From the IMG/VR virus record IMGVR_UViG_3300025770_000006, positions 96,001 to 160,000 of that record: a DNA stretch of 64,000 bases; one strand, written 5' to 3'. Source of the DNA: a virus. The notes under the pieces were generated by a model. It saw only the letters and a list, made by a program, of their open reading frames with translations, had not been told where the DNA came from and searched no databases. The position numbers and the translations under genes were made by a program. Each line of letters begins with the position of its first letter. Position 1 is the first letter of the stretch. This document shows, piece after piece, positions 58,472 to 64,000 of the stretch.

Positions 58472-59136
58472 TGTTTATTTGCCTTTCTTAATGCTTTCAA
58501 AGCAGAGAGAGCATCCGAGAGTTCTTCAGAACCTTCGGATTTTGTTTCATTCGCCAGAGACTCTGAGGAGGCTATGGTCTTATTAGAGATAATGTTAGAT
58601 GGGATAAAGGTCAATCCTTCATCGGCTGTTGTGTTCATATTACCCATAGGTTGATTGCTTTGAGCGTTATTGTTCACGACAACCTGTTGAGTGGGCATCT
58701 GTTTAGCGACAGCTTCAGCGATAGCTTCGGGAGAGATCATTGTCCCTAACTGTTGGATAAGGATATTAGCAAGAGCGTTCATGTCTAATTGTGGTTGCTC
58801 TGTTTGTTTCTCTACAATCACTTCCTTTTCTACTATCACTTCCTTTTCGACTATCACTTCCTTTTCGACTATCTTCTCAACCACTACAGGTCTTACTTCT
58901 TTAACTACCTTTGACTCATGAATGATTTTAAATCTGTTATTGCTGTTTACCCCTAGTCGAGAGGGAGATGGATTGCCTTTAACCTTGAGAGCGATCAATC
59001 CTGTGTTGACTAAAGTCTTTAGTTCTTGGTTTGAGTCATATTGGGATTTAGTGCAATCAAAGGTCTGCCCTTGTTTGAACTTGAGTCGAAGACTCTTAAT
59101 CTCTATATCTTTAAGGCACTGTGCTACATAAATCAT
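58468..59136 (-). CDS. hypothetical protein with (EKEVIV)n repeats, 222 aa
   Basis: ATGA-coupled to both neighbours. Confidence 0.75.
   Translation of the reverse strand: MIYVAQCLKDIEIKSLRLKFKQGQTFDCTKSQYDSNQELKTLVNTGLIALKVKGNPSPSRLGVNSNNRFKIIHESKVVKEVRPVVVEKIVEKEVIVEKEVIVEKEVIVEKQTEQPQLDMNALANILIQQLGTMISPEAIAEAVAKQMPTQQVVVNNNAQSNQPMGNMNTTADEGLTFIPSNIISNKTIASSESLANETKSEGSEELSDALSALKALRKANKQ
58809..58875 (-). repeat. 18-bp tandem repeat encoding EKEVIV
   Basis: TC(G/T)ACTATCACTTCCTTT units. Confidence 0.8.
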
Positions 59137-59705
59137 TGTTCGCCCTTGCTCATACTTTTAGTAAGAAAGAAAGTAGCCTTTCGTATAGCTTTTATTCTAC
59201 CCTTCTCAATCCCTTGCTCGATGAAGTTAAACTTATAAACTGATGGGTGTATCCATTTGTTTTCTGTTCTAAGAGGAAGATTTCTGAAAACTACTTCACC
59301 TGTTTTTGTCTTAATAGGTACGACCTTCCTTTCCATGTTAGAGTTACGAGTCAACCACCTCATTTCATAAGGATCTTTGCGTTCAAGATACTTTTTGACC
59401 CATTGCCACTCTGACTTGATCTTGATCGCCCCCCCTTTAGATATCTCATAATAAAAGGAGTCTAGGAAATCTTTGGTGCGAGGAATACCACTGCCGAGTC
59501 CTGATGCTCTTTTCGCTTCCTCTTTGATTGCCTTTATTATCTCATCCCCGAAGATCTCTATGACCTTTTTAGAGATGTCTTTGCCTCTTAGGTCAACATT
59601 CTGGAACTGATTTTTACGCACCTTATAAGTACGGAGATCCCAAGGTCTATTTGGATCTCTGTTCTTTGGTGGGTTTCTTCGTGCTCGTCTAGGGTCAAAC
59701 TTCAT
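59133..59705 (-). CDS. basic protein, possible neck/tail-completion protein, 190 aa
   Basis: WIHP...FIEQG C-terminal block; GGAGG RBS; late motif at 59736-59747. Confidence 0.55.
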   Translation of the reverse strand: MKFDPRRARRNPPKNRDPNRPWDLRTYKVRKNQFQNVDLRGKDISKKVIEIFGDEIIKAIKEEAKRASGLGSGIPRTKDFLDSFYYEISKGGAIKIKSEWQWVKKYLERKDPYEMRWLTRNSNMERKVVPIKTKTGEVVFRNLPLRTENKWIHPSVYKFNFIEQGIEKGRIKAIRKATFFLTKSMSKGEQ

Positions 59706-59836
59706 ATCTACACCTCCTCCTCCTGTAGTGTGGATATAAACAACTTACAATAGTCTATTTATATTTGGTTTTTTGATAAAAACCCCTCCCTTATTAAAAG
59801 TAAGGACGGACAGATGTTCACTTTAAGGATCAAAGC

Positions 59837-60130
59837 ATGAGTGGAGATAGTAAACCCCCCGAAGAAATAGACCCTATAGAAACAGAGATTAATCTCATCA
59901 ATGAACTTATAGGAGATAATATAATTATAGTACTCCATCAAAATGGTATGACTATTATGATGGATGAGGACATAGAATATAGGGCTGAAGAGCAACTGAA
60001 GATGTTTAGTCGTTTATATGTAGCCGCTAACCCCAGCTTTGTGTTGAGACTCTTTTTGATGCTTGAGGTGGGGATGCTTCTCGCATGGGACTACCTAGAA
60101 GATTCCTTCAATAAATATATTAAAAGATAA
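59837..60130 (+). CDS. hypothetical protein, 97 aa (paralog of 130..366)
   Basis: NPSFVLRLFLMLE; TAGTCTATTTAT motif at 59751-59762. Confidence 0.7.
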   Translation: MSGDSKPPEEIDPIETEINLINELIGDNIIIVLHQNGMTIMMDEDIEYRAEEQLKMFSRLYVAANPSFVLRLFLMLEVGMLLAWDYLEDSFNKYIKR

Positions 60131-60191
60131 TCTTATCCCCTCCTAAATTGTATAAGGTAAGTGTTCACATTAACCACAATGGAGGTCGCAC

Positions 60192-60656
60192 ATGAGCGAT
60201 AAATGGAAAGCAGGACCTGAAGTCCAAGAGCAGATTAATCATCTCATCGGAAACGCACACCCACACTTGGCTGACATCATGAATGACATTGTAGTCATCT
60301 TTAAAGAGAAGTGTTCACGCAAGGGTGGTCGCCCTATTCTCGGTAAGACCTCAAAAGCACCAGGGATCTTGTCTGTCCTTGGGGATCACGCATACGAGTT
60401 TGTCATTGAGCTTGGGGCAGACTGTTGGAACAACCTTAAAGAGAATGAGCGTATGGCTCTACTTGACCATCTTCTCTGCTTCATCGGAGGTGAAGAAGAC
60501 GAGAAATCGGGTGAGATGAAGTATTATCTCTCGACTCCCGATGTCTTTTATTTCTCTGAGGAAGTTGCTCGTAATGGGAGTTGGCGTGAGGAGATCCTAC
60601 CCGATGGTGTACCCGAAGAGGGTTCAGACGCACCTTTGTTAGACCCTATCGGTTAA
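60192..60656 (+). CDS. phage metallopeptidase-like protein with a degenerate HExxH motif
   Basis: ALLDHLLCF in place of ALxDHELxH; GGAGG RBS. Confidence 0.65.
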   Translation: MSDKWKAGPEVQEQINHLIGNAHPHLADIMNDIVVIFKEKCSRKGGRPILGKTSKAPGILSVLGDHAYEFVIELGADCWNNLKENERMALLDHLLCFIGGEEDEKSGEMKYYLSTPDVFYFSEEVARNGSWREEILPDGVPEEGSDAPLLDPIG

Positions 60657-61231
60657 AGGTCTAACCACCTTTTGAGTTCATTGCGATAGTTCTCACCCTT
60701 GTTGATGTAGTGGCTAACGATTTCATTAGACATGAACCTCATGTGGCATCCGATTGTCCAACGAAGATCACCCTTTCGATCAATCGAAGCATTTTCAAGT
60801 GTCAACATGAAATGGGGATCTTCAGACCCATCAAGAAGTGTTCCTGACTGTAGCACTCGCCGATAATCCCCACCGCTCAGTTTAAATGCCTTTCGTCTAG
60901 GGTCAAACTTTACATACTTTGGGAAAGTCTTATCAAAGGATTCTGATACGGTACCATCAGTATCGAGCTTATGTAGTGATGAAAGAATCTTCATAATATC
61001 TACAACTTCGTCATACAACTCGATATACAACTCTTGGGTAGGGGTGGTTTCTTCTTCTTGTCCAAAGTAATCATCTTTAAAAATCTTTGAGTCATCTTCA
61101 TAGTATGATCTCTCTGCGTCATACATATTAGAGTCAAAATAACCTTGTGGGTATCCTGCTGTCCTTTGGTTTTCAAGACGAGCGATTCTTGACTCAAGGT
61201 TTCTGATTACTTCTGATGCTGATCTTCTCAT
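60653..61231 (-). CDS. MRRSASE-leader protein 6 (192 aa)
   Basis: MRRSASEVIRNLESRIARLENQRTA; TAGTTTACCTAT motif at 61286-61297. Confidence 0.85.
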   Translation of the reverse strand: MRRSASEVIRNLESRIARLENQRTAGYPQGYFDSNMYDAERSYYEDDSKIFKDDYFGQEEETTPTQELYIELYDEVVDIMKILSSLHKLDTDGTVSESFDKTFPKYVKFDPRRKAFKLSGGDYRRVLQSGTLLDGSEDPHFMLTLENASIDRKGDLRWTIGCHMRFMSNEIVSHYINKGENYRNELKRWLDL

Positions 61232-61315
61232 GGGCTGTTCCTTTCATATAAGAACAATGGTATAAAAACACACCTAATGTTAATTATAGGTAAACTATTA
61301 AAAAGGAGTATTGAT

Positions 61316-61801
61316 ATGAAGTACGCAAAATTTGAAAAGATTGATGGAAAAGATCAACTTGTCGTTGTGACCCGTGATGAACTCATTCATTTGGTTGGGT
61401 CAGAAGAAGTGGATCAATACATCTTTGATAATGGGTATACAGACCACTCTGACGAGACATTCAATAACTACCAAGAGATGACCGCACAGACTGCAAAGTA
61501 CCCCCCATCTCAAGCTCTTGAGTACCTTTCACTCGGTATTGCATCTGAGGCGGGAGAGGTAGCAGGTAAGATGAAGAAATGGATTCGAGATGATTCCAAA
61601 CTTTGGGAGATTGAAAAAGAGGAGGCTAAACAAAAGTGGGTTCAAGCGATGTCATCAGAGATTGGGGATGTTCTCTGGTATTGTGCCCGACTCGCAGATG
61701 AGCTTGGTCTAAGTCTCTCTCAGATTGCAGAAGAGAATATGGAGAAGCTCTTAGATCGAAAGGCTCGTGGTGTTATCGGTGGTAGTGGGGATAACCGATG
61801 A
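61316..61801 (+). CDS. MazG-like nucleoside triphosphate pyrophosphohydrolase
   Basis: SEAGEVAGKMKK...EIGDVLWY...NxxKLxxRxxRGVIGGSGDNR; start moved after AAGGAG. Confidence 0.88.
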   Translation: MKYAKFEKIDGKDQLVVVTRDELIHLVGSEEVDQYIFDNGYTDHSDETFNNYQEMTAQTAKYPPSQALEYLSLGIASEAGEVAGKMKKWIRDDSKLWEIEKEEAKQKWVQAMSSEIGDVLWYCARLADELGLSLSQIAEENMEKLLDRKARGVIGGSGDNR

Positions 61802-61855
61802 GGTTTATAAACTGTTTATAATCTCCTTTAGTTATAAAAACTGAGGTTAGTTTAT

Positions 61856-62539
61856 ATGAGACTAGTTTGCATTTCAGACACACACAACCAGCACGATAAA
61901 CTTGAGTTGCCCGATGGGGATGTTCTAATCCACGCAGGAGATTGGACAGGTACAGGTACGCAAAAGCAAGTTATCTCATTTATAAGATGGTTTGCGAATC
62001 AGCCACATAAACATAAAGTCTTGATTGCAGGAAATCATGAGGTGACTCTTGACTCACCTTTTTATCGTACTAACTGGCCTAGATTCCACCCTCAACAACC
62101 CCACAGTTCACATGATATCTCTAACTATGTGTTGAGAGAAGAGGGCATCCACTACCTTGAGGATACAGAGGTGGTTATAGAGGGTGTTAAGTTTTACGGT
62201 AGTCCATGTCAGCCCTCTTTTGGTGGTTGGGCTTTTAATGTAGACAGGGGTTTACCGATACGATCTGTATGGGGGAATATACCCGATGACACTGATGTCT
62301 TGATAACTCATGGGCCTCCACATGGATATGGAGATAAGTTAGCTTGTGGAGAGCGTGTGGGCTGTAAAGATTTACTTGATGAGGTAACGACAAGAATCAA
62401 GCCCAAAGTCCATATTTACGGACATATACATGAAGGGTATGGCACATACGACTTAGAGGGTATAAAGCTAATTAACCCTTCTAGTTGTAATGAGCATTAT
62501 AAGATTACAAATAAGCCTATCATATATGACTTAGAATAA
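61856..62539 (+). CDS. calcineurin-like metallophosphoesterase
   Basis: SDTH, HAGD, GNHE, THGPP, GHIHE. Confidence 0.9.
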   Translation: MRLVCISDTHNQHDKLELPDGDVLIHAGDWTGTGTQKQVISFIRWFANQPHKHKVLIAGNHEVTLDSPFYRTNWPRFHPQQPHSSHDISNYVLREEGIHYLEDTEVVIEGVKFYGSPCQPSFGGWAFNVDRGLPIRSVWGNIPDDTDVLITHGPPHGYGDKLACGERVGCKDLLDEVTTRIKPKVHIYGHIHEGYGTYDLEGIKLINPSSCNEHYKITNKPIIYDLE

Positions 62540-62653
62540 CTTGTTTTCAAGTCGTGCTATTCTTGATTCGAGTCTGAAGCTGATCTTTTCATAATGGTTT
62601 CTCCATTTGGTTAAGGTTAAAGAGATCACTTAAGATCAAGTATAAATAAACTA
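62540..62653 (-). pseudogene. empty MRRSASE cassette: promoter, RBS and frameshifted leader, no cargo
   Basis: ATG AAA AGA TCA GCT TCA GA|CTC GAA TCA AGA ATA GCA CGA CTT GAA AAC; upstream region nearly identical to that of 57006..57395. Confidence 0.8.
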
Positions 62654-62659
62654 TCAAAC

Positions 62660-63670
62660 CTAGTATGGCTCTCTGAAATCTAGGTTTTCTCCCTCAAGGA
62701 GATGAGCAATAAAATTAAGCTCCTTCTTACTTAGACCTCTAAAAGTAAGAGTTGTTTCTAGGTGTCCAGACTCATTTAAGACAGCTTCTGTGAAATGATC
62801 CTCTACACCCCAAGCATATCCAGCATAAACGGAAGAACTATCTTGCTCAAGTACTATTGAAGAGGGTTTGACCTCGACAGACATTAAACCCTCTATTTCA
62901 CCAAACTCACTCTTAACTGCTTCCTCAATGTCTTCCCCCCTCAACTGACCCTTATCTTCCCAAGTAGCGATTATATCCCTATCATCCATAAGTTTGTGGG
63001 TGAGTGTGTAGGTAGTATTTATTCGAGCTGTCTTGTTTTCAAGTCGAGCGACTCTTGATTCAAGACTGTTAATTATTTCACTAGCTGATCTTCTCATCCC
63101 TGCGATCTCCATATCTTTGAGTATTCTATTTAGAACTTTCTTGACTCTACGATCTCTAGTCAAAGAGAGGGCTTTTTCAAAGTCTCCGCTCCATAGTGCG
63201 TCATATTTTTCAGACATTTCATCTCTAAACTCTGGGTCATAGATATAAAGCATTGGTTCATGCTTTTCGATAGCCTCGATTAAGAGATGTTTTACGGACG
63301 AGTGTCTTTTCATGATGTATTCACTTTGTTTGCTTGTGGATGGAAAAGGGGTTGGGTTATATTTAGCCGCCATATCAACCATCTCACGATCTTCATGTGT
63401 GAGTCTTTGTCGATACCAGTCAGAACCCATAGTGATAAGTGCATAATTAGTACGGTCTAAAGATCTCTCCATTTTAGAGAGGTGCTTAGGGATGGCTTCA
63501 AAGTTATCCCCACAACGCTTGTATACTTCTTCTGCGAGTTGCGGGTGTTCTTTGATAGCTTCTACCATCTGGTTGACATGACTACGAACAATGTGAGCTT
63601 CTACACGAGAGGCTGAGACACCTTCAGATAAAATAGACCAAGATGCTTGGCTTGAAGATTTCTTTTTCAT
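62660..63670 (-). CDS. 336-aa multi-module protein with an internal MRRSASE leader (copy 7)
   Basis: start moved to MKKKSS; internal MKRHSS (63313) and MRRSASEIINSLESRVARLENKTA (63097); motif TAGTTCTTCTAT at 63706-63717. Confidence 0.8.
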   Translation of the reverse strand: MKKKSSSQASWSILSEGVSASRVEAHIVRSHVNQMVEAIKEHPQLAEEVYKRCGDNFEAIPKHLSKMERSLDRTNYALITMGSDWYRQRLTHEDREMVDMAAKYNPTPFPSTSKQSEYIMKRHSSVKHLLIEAIEKHEPMLYIYDPEFRDEMSEKYDALWSGDFEKALSLTRDRRVKKVLNRILKDMEIAGMRRSASEIINSLESRVARLENKTARINTTYTLTHKLMDDRDIIATWEDKGQLRGEDIEEAVKSEFGEIEGLMSVEVKPSSIVLEQDSSSVYAGYAWGVEDHFTEAVLNESGHLETTLTFRGLSKKELNFIAHLLEGENLDFREPY

Positions 63671-63717
63671 TATTATCCCCCTTGTCTTTTGTTCTAACGA
63701 CAATAATAGAAGAACTA

Positions 63718-64000
63718 TTACTCAAGCTCTTCTGGTATATCGAAGCGTATCGTTCTTCTATATTTATCTCGATACCCAATTTTAGCTTCTACTTGATGCT
63801 TACAAGGGATCATCTTTCCTGTCTTGATCTTGTGTAAGATTAACTCGTAATCCATGAGATCACCAGGCAATGCCATAATGATATATGGGTTAGCTATATC
63901 AGTTGGTAGGTCTTTAGGGTCAACTACAAGCACAATCGCAGTTGGAGTAGAAATCCAACCTTTAATGTGGATCGTCTGTTTGGTAGCAAGTATTGAGGTG
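63718..64000 (-). CDS. hypothetical protein, partial (start beyond the right edge)
   Basis: frame stays open from 63933 to the window end. Confidence 0.6.
   Translation of the reverse strand, partial: TSILATKQTIHIKGWISTPTAIVLVVDPKDLPTDIANPYIIMALPGDLMDYELILHKIKTGKMIPCKHQVEAKIGYRDKYRRTIRFDIPEELE

Noticed and set aside
20346-63097. MRRSASE repeats as an IS or MITE
   Set aside because: No terminal inverted repeats or transposase, and conservation is at the peptide level with synonymous variation.
1-64000. Alternative genetic code, tRNA or rRNA genes
   Set aside because: All three stop codons terminate densely packed genes and long ORFs are intact in the standard code. No cloverleaf or rRNA signature was recognised by eye; tRNAscan-SE would be decisive.

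Overview
A 64-kb segment of a large, jumbo-type tailed dsDNA phage, most likely with a contractile tail. It uses the standard genetic code; I saw no rRNA, tRNA or CRISPR array. (1) 0-6 kb: small early-type genes driven by a repeated GTAACCCCTTATCTAT promoter-like motif. (2) About 6 kb: an AT-rich spacer with a strand-composition switch, a candidate origin. (3) 6-19.7 kb (+): virion genes, including a 3039-aa protein. (4) 19.7-26.4 kb: accessory island. (5) 26.4-41 kb (-): tail module with gp5-like spike, hub, two tube-initiator-like proteins, tape measure, chaperones and tube. (6) 42-45.8 kb: SNF2 helicase, degenerate DnaC-like loader and DnaB. (7) 45.8-56.1 kb: a probable DNA-modification operon with four paralogous SPPY amino-methyltransferases, two DUF2156/MprF-like aminoacyl-transferases, a QueC/2OG-Fe(II) fusion, an ABC-ATPase/GNAT fusion and a GIY-YIG-like protein. 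Its members share short terminal FF/YFGV peptides. (8) 56-64 kb: actin-like ATPase, MazG, phosphoesterase and more accessory genes. The most striking unexplained system is eight dispersed minus-strand copies of a ~22-aa leader, M(R/K)RSASE(I/V)IxxLE(S/T)R(V/I)ARLE plus a K/R-x-A/S site. The leader is fused to unrelated cargo domains, mostly behind a late-promoter motif. One copy is an empty cassette, one lies inside a polyprotein, and duplication scars record cassette accretion. All protein family calls rest on motif recognition by eye; no database search was run.
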